Positions 38,877 to 47,743 of a DNA stretch of 64,000 nt are shown piece after piece (the stretch's first letter is position 1; each line of letters starts with the position of its first letter). The DNA is taken from the NCBI GenBank assembly GCA_030446715.1, contig JAUJMU010000015.1:36953-100952 (forward strand), given 5' to 3'. The notes under the pieces are model-generated. The model saw nothing but the letters and a program-made list of their open reading frames with translations. It was not told the origin of the DNA and ran no database searches. Position numbers and translations under genes: made by a program. This DNA is from Cytophagales bacterium. Its GTDB lineage: Bacteria; Bacteroidota; Bacteroidia; Cytophagales; 172606-1.

Positions 38877-40098
38877 CACCAGGCTGCAATCCGGAGTGAA
38901 GGAGCTGGCAACCCAGACCTCCTTGTATCCGCAGGAAAAAATGCTGGAGGTAAGGACGGGCCACCAGGAGTTGCTGATCGGCATTCCGAAGGAAATCAGT
39001 GATTACGAAAACCGGCTGGTGCTTACCCCGGAGGCTACCTCCATTCTGGTGCGCAACGGCCACCGGGTCTGCATCGAAACGGGGGCCGGTGATGCCGCCA
39101 AGTTCAGCGACCACGAGTACAGCGATGCCGGAGCCCTGATCGTGTATTCGGCCAGAGAAGCTTTTGAAGCCGACATCGTGCTGAAGGTAGAGCCACCCAC
39201 CCTGGAGGAAATCGGCTACATGAAGCCGGGCAAGACGCTGATCTCCGCCCTGCAGATGGCCAAGCTGACGGGTGAATTCGTGCAGGCGATCAACGACAAG
39301 AAACTGATTGCGCTGGCCTTCGAACTGATTCAGGACAAAGTGGGCGGGATGCCGGTCGTGCGGGCCATGAGCGAAATTGCCGGCAGCACCGTCATGCTCA
39401 TTGCCGCCGAGTACCTCAACAGTGCCAACAGCGGCCGGGGCATCATTCTGGGCGGCATCACGGGCGTACCACCCACTAAGGTGGTAATTCTGGGCTCGGG
39501 CACGGTGGCAGAGTACGCGGCGCGTACCTCGCTGGGCCTGGGTGCCGAAATCAAAATCTTCGACAAGCACATTTACCGCCTGCGCCGCCTCAAGTACGTG
39601 GTCGGCCAGCAGGTATACACGTCCACCATTGATACCAACGTACTGAGCGAGGCCATCAGGCGGGCCGATGTGGTGATCGGGGCCATCCGGGCGGAAGACG
39701 GGCGGAGTCCGTGCGTGGTGACCGAGGAGATGGTTGCGGGCATGAAGCCTGATTCGGTGATCATTGACGTGAGCATTGACCAGGGCGGCTGCTTTGAAAC
39801 TTCCGAGCTGACCACGCACCGCAAGCCAGTATTCAAGAAGTACGGCGTAATCCATTACTGCGTACCCAACATTGCCGCCCGGGTAGCCAGTACCGCTACG
39901 CAGGCCCTGAGCCATATTTTTACCCCCTACCTGCTGGAAATCGGCTCATCGGGAGGCATTGAAGAGATGATCTTCAAGAACAAATGGCTGATGAAAGGGG
40001 TGTATTCCTACAAGGGCAGCCTGACCAATGCGCCCATTGCCCGAAAGTTCAACATGAAGCACAAAGACCTGAACCTGCTGATGGCGGCGCGGCTGTGA
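38869..40098 (+). CDS. Alanine dehydrogenase / PNT-family NAD-binding dehydrogenase
   Basis: ..IPKEISDYENRLVLTPEA.. N-terminal domain and a Rossmann GxGxxA (VVILGSGTVAEYAA). 8-nt overlap with tsaE. Confidence 0.8.
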   Translation: MSSTRLQSGVKELATQTSLYPQEKMLEVRTGHQELLIGIPKEISDYENRLVLTPEATSILVRNGHRVCIETGAGDAAKFSDHEYSDAGALIVYSAREAFEADIVLKVEPPTLEEIGYMKPGKTLISALQMAKLTGEFVQAINDKKLIALAFELIQDKVGGMPVVRAMSEIAGSTVMLIAAEYLNSANSGRGIILGGITGVPPTKVVILGSGTVAEYAARTSLGLGAEIKIFDKHIYRLRRLKYVVGQQVYTSTIDTNVLSEAIRRADVVIGAIRAEDGRSPCVVTEEMVAGMKPDSVIIDVSIDQGGCFETSELTTHRKPVFKKYGVIHYCVPNIAARVASTATQALSHIFTPYLLEIGSSGGIEEMIFKNKWLMKGVYSYKGSLTNAPIARKFNMKHKDLNLLMAARL

Positions 40099-40207
40099 GC
40101 CGGGTGTCAGAATTGGTTCTGGTATAGGGCAGATAAACGACATATGTCGTAGTTACAAGTGTTGGCACAAATTTTAAAAATATCTAGACTTAAATATTAA
40201 ATTTAAA

Positions 40208-41482
40208 ATGAGAAATGTTTTATTAGTTAGTTTATTATTACTAAGCTATTTCAGTTATTCACAAAATAGTAGAACTACAATGTTAAATAGTAGAACTACA
40301 ATATTAATAGGTCTCGACGGTTTCAGATGGGATATTTTAGACAGAGAAAATGTCTCAACTTCTAATTTGAGAGAAATTCGTAAGAACGGAGTTCGTTCTA
40401 AATTAATCTCAAGAATTCCATCATTATCTTTCCCCAATTTATATACTTTGGTAACTGGATTAAATCCAGAAAACTCAGGTATTGTATCTAATGAAACATA
40501 TTTACCAAAGGAGAATACTTTTTTCTCAAACAAATCATTTAAAGAATCCAAGTGGTTTCAAGGAGAACCAATTTGGGTTACTGCAGAGAAACATAAGATT
40601 ACCACAGCTACTATGTTTTGGATTGGTTCTGATGCAAAAATAAAAGGATTCTCACCTACATATAGTCACGAGTTTAACGTTAAAAAATGGAACCCTAATT
40701 CAAGAGCACAAGAGGTTTTAAGATGGTTATCACTCGAAGAAAATAAACCAGAATTCATTACTCTTTACTTTGATGAAGTTGATAATGCAAGTCAAGATTT
40801 TGGAATTGGTTCTGATGAAGAAAAAAAGGCAATTGAAGTAGTTGATGAGGCTATTGGAATACTAATTAAAGGACTTAAAGAAAAAGGATTGTGGGAACGC
40901 ATTAACATTGTTGTTGTTGCAGACCACGGCATGACCGAAACAAGTCAGGACAAAGTAATTTATTTGGATGATTACATCAATACAAAAAGTCTAGATGTAT
41001 TTGCTTTCAACAACCATCCATATTTTACCTTTAGCGATGCTAATTGTGTAAATAATTGTGATTCGATTTATTCTAAGTTAAAAATTGCACATCCAAAATT
41101 ACAAGTTTATAAACGAGAAGACCTTCCAAAAAGATTTCATAGAAAAAATAGTGACCGTCTTGGGGATTTAAGCCTTCATCCAGATTTGGGCTGGGTTGTA
41201 ACGACTCATCAGTTATTTAATGAAACTCTAAAAGGAAAACCGTTTTCAAATAATGAAATAACATATAATGGAGGGTTTATGAAAGCAATACACGGTTATG
41301 ACAGTAAGTATGAAGATATGTATGGAATATTTTTAGCTATGGGTCCATATATTAAAAAAGGAACAGAAATTGAGCCATTTGATAATATCAATGTTTATTC
41401 ATTACTATGTAAAATGCTAAAAATCAAGCCAGCTAAAAATGATGGTTCAATTAAAGTGTTTGAGAAAATTGTCACTTATTAA
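40208..41482 (+). CDS. Ectonucleotide pyrophosphatase/phosphodiesterase (ENPP, alkaline-phosphatase superfamily), secreted
   Basis: LIGLDGFRWD and ..PSLSFPNLYTLVTGLNPENSGIVSN.. motifs plus a signal peptide. Very AT-rich. First ORF of the island. Confidence 0.85.
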   Translation: MRNVLLVSLLLLSYFSYSQNSRTTMLNSRTTILIGLDGFRWDILDRENVSTSNLREIRKNGVRSKLISRIPSLSFPNLYTLVTGLNPENSGIVSNETYLPKENTFFSNKSFKESKWFQGEPIWVTAEKHKITTATMFWIGSDAKIKGFSPTYSHEFNVKKWNPNSRAQEVLRWLSLEENKPEFITLYFDEVDNASQDFGIGSDEEKKAIEVVDEAIGILIKGLKEKGLWERINIVVVADHGMTETSQDKVIYLDDYINTKSLDVFAFNNHPYFTFSDANCVNNCDSIYSKLKIAHPKLQVYKREDLPKRFHRKNSDRLGDLSLHPDLGWVVTTHQLFNETLKGKPFSNNEITYNGGFMKAIHGYDSKYEDMYGIFLAMGPYIKKGTEIEPFDNINVYSLLCKMLKIKPAKNDGSIKVFEKIVTY

Positions 41483-41616
41483 TTAAGTATACTTACTTTT
41501 TAGTTACTGAATTAGTGTCAATCAAATTTTAGAATGTATTCTCAATTAAGTATGAAGAAATACGAACTCATCGTATAAGTATTTCTGTAAAAAAGATATT
41601 TATAAAGAAAAAACTT

Positions 41617-41686
41617 TAGCCAACAATATGTAAACGCCAGCATCGGCCGATGGCCTCGCCACCGCTTACACGAGAGCGTTATATGC
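41617..41686 (+). repeat. attC-like element (short, divergent member)
   Basis: ..CCAACAATATGTAAACG..CATCGGCCGATG..CGCTTACACGAGAGCGTTATATGCC. TGTAAACG pairs with CGCTTACA, the centre is a 12-nt palindrome, and the 3' end has a GTTAT box. Confidence 0.4.
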
Positions 41687-41736
41687 CAGCATGAGGAAAG
41701 AGGCTCAACTCATAGCCGACGCACGAACCGGGCCAA

Positions 41737-41828
41737 GCATATAACACTGTCCACGCCGCCACTGGGCCACTGACCCACGGGGCCAACTGATGGGCCCTTG
41801 CAGCGGGTGGCCTTGGTCCGTTATGGGC
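41737..41828 (+). repeat. attC-like element
   Basis: GCATATAACACTGTCCACGCCGCC...GCAGCGGGTGGCCTTGGTCCGTTATGGGC. The ends match the family consensus. Confidence 0.6.
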
Positions 41829-42062
41829 AACCGAAGAAGAAACACGTTTGGCGTGACGAGAAGAGGCAGGTGAAGTCGAAAAGTGCCTAGCCCAAAGAGC
41901 AGAATCAACGGTTGCATAACCAAACAAGGCTGACGCAAGGAAGTATGGCAGGCAGTCAACAGCTGAATCAAAAAGACGTTTGGCGACCCGGAACAACGTT
42001 GTAAAGAGACCACGAAAGCCGACAGTCAGCGAAAGAATGATAAATTGAAAGGAAAGGGTTTA

Positions 42063-42154
42063 CCCATAACACTGCTCACGCCGACCACCGGTGCGCCCCA
42101 CCGCATAACCAAAGCTTGAGCACACGGCGTCGGGTGGGCTTGCTCCGTTAGCTA
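42063..42154 (+). repeat. attC-like element
   Basis: CCCATAACACTGCTCACGCCGACCACCGG...CGGCGTCGGGTGGGCTTGCTCCGTTAGCT. The next ATG (42157) follows the GTTAGCT box by 3 nt. Confidence 0.7.
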
Positions 42155-42156
42155 GC

Positions 42157-42699
42157 ATGGAAAATAAATGGCGCATATCAAATCAAGTGAGATTGAAAAA
42201 CATAATATTATTCATACAGCTGTTTGCCTGCGTATGTTGTGCCAAAAAACAGCAAGGAACATCTAATGGAAGCCCGGAAGAAACCATCAGAACAACTACC
42301 GAATCGCTGAAAGCTGATAAAAAAGATTATGATAGTTATCTGATGAGAGGAGTAGCCTACAAAGAATTGGGGAAACTGAAAGATGCGCTCAGCGATTACA
42401 ATAACGCTATTAAATTTGCTTCTGCTTCTGATGATGAGTTTGCCCGGCATTCGTTAGTTGAAGCATATAATATGAGAGGCAGTTTATATAATCGATCCGG
42501 CCGTAAAGATGAAGCCTTGTTGGACTATGACAAGGCAATCGAGTTGAATCCGAAAAACGATTATGCGTATTATCACAGGGGGATCATGAGGGTAGAAATG
42601 GGACAATCCGAACTTGGATGTGCAGATCTCAAAAAGGCCAGTGAAATACTGCCCGTTGTTGATATATACAATGATGCTTTGGAGGAGTACTGTAAATGA
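42157..42699 (+). CDS. TPR-repeat lipoprotein
   Basis: Hydrophobic leader ending ..LFACVCC, then three or four TPR units (..YLMRGVAYKELGKLKDALSDYNNAI.., ..YNMRGSLYNRSGRKDEALLDYDKAIELNP..). Confidence 0.8.
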   Translation: MENKWRISNQVRLKNIILFIQLFACVCCAKKQQGTSNGSPEETIRTTTESLKADKKDYDSYLMRGVAYKELGKLKDALSDYNNAIKFASASDDEFARHSLVEAYNMRGSLYNRSGRKDEALLDYDKAIELNPKNDYAYYHRGIMRVEMGQSELGCADLKKASEILPVVDIYNDALEEYCK

Positions 42700-42931
42700 T
42701 TCTATCCTTTTGAAGGAGCTCAGTCCAGGCGTAGGCGGGAGTATTTGTGCCTTTCCGTTTTGCAAGGGTCTGAGTTTAATCCCCTGCCAATGTTGTTTTT
42801 ACCAATAACTTGACCGTTGGTGAAGACGGCAACCACCACTGATGAAAATAGAATCATTTTAATTGGAGCAGTGATTTGTATTCCCCTTCTTGTCGCTGAT
42901 AAAGTAGGGATAAAAGAATAAGGAATCACGC

Positions 42932-43024
42932 TAGCTAACACCAGCCACGACCGGTCACTGGCCCGCCTCACCGCATAGCCAAACAGAAGTGCACAGCGCC
43001 GGGTGGCTTCGGTCCGTTATGGCC
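42932..43024 (+). repeat. attC-like element
   Basis: TAGCTAACACCAGCCACGACCGG...CACCGCATAGCCAAAC...GCGCCGGGTGGCTTCGGTCCGTTATGGCC. The centre is homologous to 42063-42154. Confidence 0.7.
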
Positions 43025-43039
43025 AATTAATAAAAAAAT

Positions 43040-44320
43040 ATGCGTTTTCTTATCCTACTATTGTGGCTACTAGTTTGGTTATTTCCATCAGATGAAACTC
43101 TGATTAGAGATGCACTAGCTTCAAAAACAACTTTGTTGACAACTATAGAACCAGGATCGGAAACAAATGATTTACAATTTCTTTCAGTTCTTCTAAAAGA
43201 TAAGCGAATAATTTCTCTCGGAGAAGCTACTCATGGTACAAGTGAGTTTTTCAAAGCCAAACACCGGTTGCTAGAATACTTAGTTGAGCAGGAAGGGTAC
43301 CGTTTATTTGGCATTGAGGAGAACTTTGCCTTGTGTAGCTTATTAAATGCCTACGTGTTGCATGGTAAAGGAGAAGCTAAACAACTACTAACTTCTCTCT
43401 ATGTGTGGCCCTGGCAAACCCAAGAGGTACTGGCAATGATAAATTGGATGAGAGCCTATAATATTAGACAATTAAACGCTAATGAAAAGATTAAATTCTT
43501 TGGGATTGATATGCAGCAAGGATACGATGCAATGGAAGAACTAAAGACCTTTTTTAAGTTAACAGACCAGGATTTTTATCAGACCTTGGTTGCCAGCAGT
43601 CCTTCAATAGCTAACAAACAAGAAAAAATCATGTATGTAGCGGACTCTGCTACTATAGAAAAGATAGACTTTGTTTTACAAAAGAACAAAAATCATTACC
43701 AATCTTTAACCTCCGAGAAAGCATGGCAGCTTTCTTTACAACATGCCAATATCCTGAGGCAACACTACCAGATGCGGAAGGCATATGATAAAGTTAAACA
43801 AGGAAAAGTTTCCTACCGGCAACTAACTCAAAGCCGGGACAGCTCGATGGCCATCAATGTAAAATGGATTTTAGATCAAGAGGGGCCAAACAGCAAAATA
43901 GTGTTGTGGGCTCATAACGCACATATTTCCCAAGGAGGTTATCCCGGTTACAAAGATGCCTCGATGGGTTCTTATTTAAAAAGGATTTATGGCAAACAAG
44001 TATATGCGATTGGGTTTGACTGCCTGGCAGGTACTTATACTGGTTTGGGAGGAAGTCCGCGTAAGCTGGGTGTACAAACCTTACCAACAGTAGAAAAAGG
44101 CAGTTTTACAGATATAATCAATCAACTAAATAAGCCAATTGTATATATTGATTTCAAAACAGCAACAGCAGATACATTGTTAAATAAGTGGTTAGAAAGC
44201 CCTCAAACCATCCGCTATCATGGAAGTACTGCTACAGGTATATTGCCTAATTGTTTTGATGCAATGATCTTCATTAGAAATACGACTGCCACTAAACCGC
44301 TATACCCAATTGATAAATAA
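43040..44320 (+). CDS. Erythromycin esterase (Ere) family protein, secreted
   Basis: Hallmark ..ISLGEATHGTSEFF.. motif of the Ere family (PF05139-type). 426 aa with an N-terminal signal. Macrolide activity cannot be inferred. Confidence 0.8.
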   Translation: MRFLILLLWLLVWLFPSDETLIRDALASKTTLLTTIEPGSETNDLQFLSVLLKDKRIISLGEATHGTSEFFKAKHRLLEYLVEQEGYRLFGIEENFALCSLLNAYVLHGKGEAKQLLTSLYVWPWQTQEVLAMINWMRAYNIRQLNANEKIKFFGIDMQQGYDAMEELKTFFKLTDQDFYQTLVASSPSIANKQEKIMYVADSATIEKIDFVLQKNKNHYQSLTSEKAWQLSLQHANILRQHYQMRKAYDKVKQGKVSYRQLTQSRDSSMAINVKWILDQEGPNSKIVLWAHNAHISQGGYPGYKDASMGSYLKRIYGKQVYAIGFDCLAGTYTGLGGSPRKLGVQTLPTVEKGSFTDIINQLNKPIVYIDFKTATADTLLNKWLESPQTIRYHGSTATGILPNCFDAMIFIRNTTATKPLYPIDK

Positions 44321-44333
44321 AAAAGAAATGACT

Positions 44334-44427
44334 GGCCATAACACCCTTCTGTCCGACAACCTTGCCTACCTGGGCACAATGATCAGCAAAGGCTACGGTA
44401 TGCGGCAGCAGTCGGTACATTATAGCG
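44334..44427 (+). repeat. attC-like element (3' box degenerate)
   Basis: GGCCATAACACCCTTCTGTCCGACAACC...GCAGCAGTCGGTACATTATAGCGC. GTCCGAC pairs with GTCGG-AC around one unpaired base. The 3' box is ATTATAG instead of GTTATAG. Confidence 0.55.
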
Positions 44428-44455
44428 CATTGGAAACAGACCAAATACTAACCTG

Positions 44456-45367
44456 ATGATAAGATTTATTGCTCTTATTTTTTTTCTGAATAGTTACTTA
44501 ATTTGTTTCGGCCAGCAGAAAAAAGATAAACCGGCTTACAAGAAGATACAGATTCTGTTACTAGGCACGTTCCACTTTCATCAAAGTCTAGACTCTAACA
44601 GTCGTCTCCATTCCAATTTATTTACCGAGAAAAGGCAGCAGGAAGTAGGCGAAATTGTAAGTAATCTGGCAGCATTTGCTCCTGATAAGATTTTCATCGA
44701 ACGCAAGACGAGTGAACAGGCCTATACCGACAGTCTATATGCAGAATATAAAAAAGGCAATGAACCAAAGGATGTAAAAGTACTTGCCAACGAAATTGTA
44801 CAGCTTGGCTTTAAAACCGCTAAGAAACTTAATCTTCCTGCACCAGTATGTGTGGACTTCCGGCCGGAAGGCTACTCAAAACAAGATTATGTCCCTAAAT
44901 ATGAAATGGAGAAGCAGGTTATAGAGATATGGCGGCAATTTGACGACAATGAATTCCGGGAGCTGGGACGCTACGATAACTCATTTCTCGATAAACGACA
45001 TCCGGTCAGGAAAGCTTTTAACGAAGACTCGTTGCTCCAAAAAATAACTTTAAAAGATTTTCTCCTTTTTTTAAATACCTCTGAATCTTATGTAAGAGAT
45101 ACTTACTCCAACTGGAATTGGATGTACGGTATAGGTAAGGACAATGATTACTCAGGCATAGATTGGCTAGCAAACTTTTGGTATGGTCGTAACGCAAAGA
45201 TTTATGGGAATATATTAAGGCAAGTGGATTACCAAAATGATCAGAAGTATCTCCTTATTGTAGGTGCCTCCCACCTTTCGATTCTCAAACACTTGTTTGA
45301 GGAAAACCCGTATTTTGAAGTAGTTGAGGTGAATAAGGCCCTAAAACAGGAGAAAAAAAGAAAATGA
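44456..45367 (+). CDS. Hypothetical secreted protein (TraB/GumN- or DUF5694-like)
   Basis: Signal peptide and the ..ILLLGTFHFHQ.. motif recall DUF5694/TraB-like proteins. The family name is unverified. Confidence 0.55.
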   Translation: MIRFIALIFFLNSYLICFGQQKKDKPAYKKIQILLLGTFHFHQSLDSNSRLHSNLFTEKRQQEVGEIVSNLAAFAPDKIFIERKTSEQAYTDSLYAEYKKGNEPKDVKVLANEIVQLGFKTAKKLNLPAPVCVDFRPEGYSKQDYVPKYEMEKQVIEIWRQFDDNEFRELGRYDNSFLDKRHPVRKAFNEDSLLQKITLKDFLLFLNTSESYVRDTYSNWNWMYGIGKDNDYSGIDWLANFWYGRNAKIYGNILRQVDYQNDQKYLLIVGASHLSILKHLFEENPYFEVVEVNKALKQEKKRK

Positions 45368-45379
45368 AGTAGAAAAACG

Positions 45380-45473
45380 CGCTATAACACCGCACAAAAC
45401 CGACAACTGAGCCGCCTTAGCGCATTGCCTCAGCTTGAGGCTACAGTCGCGGTTGTGCTTGATGCGTTAGCTG
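45380..45473 (+). repeat. attC-like element
   Basis: CGCTATAACACCGCACAAAACCGACAAC...CAGTCGCGGTTGTGCTTGATGCGTTAGCTG. Confidence 0.65.
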
Positions 45474-45506
45474 TTGTTAGAAAGAATAAAAATCGAATAA
45501 ACTGTG

Positions 45507-45610
45507 TTAGGCTGTGTCTGGTGAATCCCCGATCAGGAAGTTTGATGCAATAGGAGGCACTTTTTCGGCCGATTTTACCCTGTGAAATGATTCATCAGAC
45601 ACAGCCTAAG
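45507..45610. repeat. 20-bp terminal inverted repeat pair enclosing 64 bp (MITE-like or long hairpin)
   Basis: TTAGGCTGTGTCTGGTGAAT (45507-45526) versus ATTCATCAGACACAGCCTAA (45591-45610); 19 of 20 nt complementary. Confidence 0.55.
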
Positions 45611-45639
45611 TTGTGACATCAAACCAAAAGATACCAACA

Positions 45640-45883
45640 ATGACAATACAGCAAGAAATAAAAACCAGCTTTCATCATCTGATTGATGAGATAGAAAATG
45701 AGGAATTGTTGAAAAAGGTTTATCATCTGTTGAAAGATTATCCAAAGAGAAAGAAACAGAGGATTTTTGGGATACACTTACAGATAAGCAAAAAGAAGGA
45801 ATAGATTCGGCTTTGAAGGAAAGCGAAGATGAGGATAATTATATTTCCCACGATGAGGTAAAGCAAGAAGCGAAAAATGGCTA
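45640..45883 (+). pseudogene. Putative addiction-module antitoxin with one apparent frameshift
   Basis: MTIQQEIKTSFHHLIDEIENEELLKKVYHLLKDYP continues as KEKETEDFWDTLTDKQKEGIDSALKESEDEDNYISHDEVKQEAKNG* if one A is added to the A3 run at 45744-45746. Its stop overlaps the toxin ATG (ATGGCTAA). Confidence 0.5.
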
Positions 45884-46299
45884 AGCAAATAATTTGGTTA
45901 AAATCCGCCAGAGACAGGTATAAAGCCATTGTAGAATAGTTGAAAGTTGGGTGGTCAGAAAAAGTAGCTGATGAGTTTGTCGGGAAGGTGCATGACAAGT
46001 TAGAACTGTTGAAAATATTTCCCCAGCTTGGAGCAGAGTCAGATAAGAAGAAATTACGAAAATTAGTCCTTTCTCCACACATAGGGCCATCGCACCAAAA
46101 AAAGGGCATTTTTAATGTGCCTTCACAGTATTCAGGTATGCATTATAACGCATGTTGTGCCGAGTTTTCTGGTATTGATTCCCAAAATGGCCAGTTGACC
46201 AAATTATCAACTGTTGTTTGTAGCATTAGAGGCGCTTTTGCCCAAAAATGCCCCAAATTTGATGATGCCTATTTCTCCACACAATATATTGATTTATAG
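45877..46299 (+). pseudogene. RelE/ParE-family toxin with in-frame TAG
   Basis: MAKQIIWLKSARDRYKAIVE*LKVGWSEKVADEFVGKVHDKLELLKIFPQLG...LRKLVLSPH. TAG at 45937-45939 sits where Tyr is expected. The family resemblance fades after ~46090. Confidence 0.55.
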
Positions 46300-46336
46300 T
46301 ATACTGCGGTACATTTTCCCTTTCTGCGTTTTGGAG

Positions 46337-46428
46337 AACCTCACCCCCGGCCCTTCTCCCCGGGAGAGGGAGAAAACCGCGTTGTGGCTCCCCCCTCTCA
46401 TCAGGAGAGGGGGCTGGGGGGTGAGGTT
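46337..46428. repeat. GC-rich compound inverted repeat (same family as 10204-10349)
   Basis: AACCTCACCCCCGGCCCTTCTCCCCGGGAGAGGGAG ... CCCCCTCTCATCAGGAGAGGGGGCTGGGGGGTGAGGTT. Marks the right edge of the AT-rich island. Confidence 0.6.
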
Positions 46429-46495
46429 CAGGATAGAACGTACCCGTAGTATAGATTTATAGAATTAAGGGAGATGTGGACATACTATTGAGCAT

Positions 46496-47725
46496 TTATG
46501 ACAGTAGGCAAAAAGCTGACTGAAATGAATGAAAACAACAGTGAACATCAACTATTCCGGTCAGCGGGCCGCCAACGCCAAAGGCTGACGCTTCGAGCCT
46601 CGCTGCCGTATAGTCATGTTCATTACCAGCAATCGAAGGAGGCTGACCACTTTGATTGATTACCACAATGTAAAATGGCTGACCGTTTATAATGCAGCCA
46701 CACAACAATGGCAATCCAGCCATTCAGCCATCCACCTCTTCACCTCTCAGAATCAGCTCCTGCTGCAGTTGCTTCAGCTCCTGATTCATGATGATGATTT
46801 CATTCTGCAGCACTTCGATCAGGCTGATTCTCCGGTTGATTCCGTAAGGTTATACCTGCCGCCGGGGCCAAAAAGCAGGCGGTTGTTTTGTTCACGCTCC
46901 TCAGTGCCCTCATCATCCAGCAGGTCAAGCTCTTTCCAGCGTTCCAGAATCGTCTCGCGTACCGTCTGGGACTGTTTATCGGGCTCAAATTCCCGCGTGA
47001 GAAAATGCCAGACCATGGGAGGATACACTTTTGAGACCGGGGGATTTTCCTGAATATCGGTCAGGTGGTTGCGCCGGTGGAGGAATTCTGCTTCTTCGTA
47101 CCCCCAGCGCCCGGATGGCCCAGTAGCCGCTCAGTACCGCACCCGCCATGGCCGGTGTTTCAATGTATACATCATCCGCGCCGAAGATGGCCAGCGTTCC
47201 CGACACCACTGTTGACAGGGCACCAGCCAGCACCGAATAAACGGTAAGCCGGGTCACCCGCCGGTCTATTCCCTGTTCGAGGTAGTTTTTCAGTTCATTG
47301 GCCCGGGCCCGCTTCACCTCTATTTCTGCCAGCACCGAAGTCAGTTCCTGCGTGGCCAGCAGGATGTGGTCCGATATTTCCTGCCGGAGGACCAGCAGCC
47401 TGATCCGGTCCGGCTCAGAAGAGTTTTTCTCCAGATCCTGCTGGTCTGCAGCCACGCCGAAAGCACCGCCTCAACGCCGATGTCGGCCGCCACACTCCGC
47501 CCGCTGCGAAAACCGACGCCGGACCGAGGGAAAAAGTGGTATCCGGGTCAGCCGTTCCGTCCAGAGGGAATCAAAATAGACGGCGGCGGGAGGGGTAACG
47601 TAGCAGTAGTTTTCGGCCGTGAAAATAGGCGTTTGCCGGGTGCGGTTTACCCGGCAACCGAACAAACCGGCTGCCATCAGCAGCCAGGCAGCCGCCAGCG
47701 TGAAGCGGGAAATTCTTGCAGACAT
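46496..47725 (-). pseudogene. Lipoprotein gene of unknown function, broken into four or more frames
   Basis: Starts with lipoprotein signal MSARISRFTLAAAWLLMAAGLFGC (ATG 47725). Continues through ORFs 46985-47455, 46819-47028 and a further frame (..LIEVLQNEIIIMNQELKQLQQEL..). Confidence 0.4.
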
Positions 47726-47743
47726 GCCCGTTATACGGCAACC

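Noticed and set aside
38824-39915. 363-aa minus-strand ORF
   Set aside because: It is antisense to the AlaDH-family gene. The same reasoning applies to 37330-38265 (antisense porX), 4964-5845 (antisense dacB), 9357-10148 and 11731-12456 (antisense permeases), and 21240-21923 and 20285-20992 (antisense glycosyltransferases).
40137-40150. 14-nt perfect palindrome ACGACATATGTCGT followed by GTTACAAG at the left edge of the island, as a candidate attI or first attC
   Set aside because: It is too short and has no integrase-binding repeats or family similarity. It may simply be a weak terminator of the upstream dehydrogenase gene. It is mentioned only as the approximate island boundary.
42720-42971. 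83-aa minus-strand ORF inside the TPR cassette
   Set aside because: Its start lies inside the attC-like repeat, it runs opposite to every other cassette ORF, and no motif or plausible start context was seen.
46138-46215. Possible degenerate attC after the toxin gene (GCATTATAACGC...CAACTGTTGTTTGTAGC)
   Set aside because: It has a TTATAAC box, but I could not find complementary L boxes, a GTTRRRY 3' box or the conserved centre. The evidence is too weak to call.
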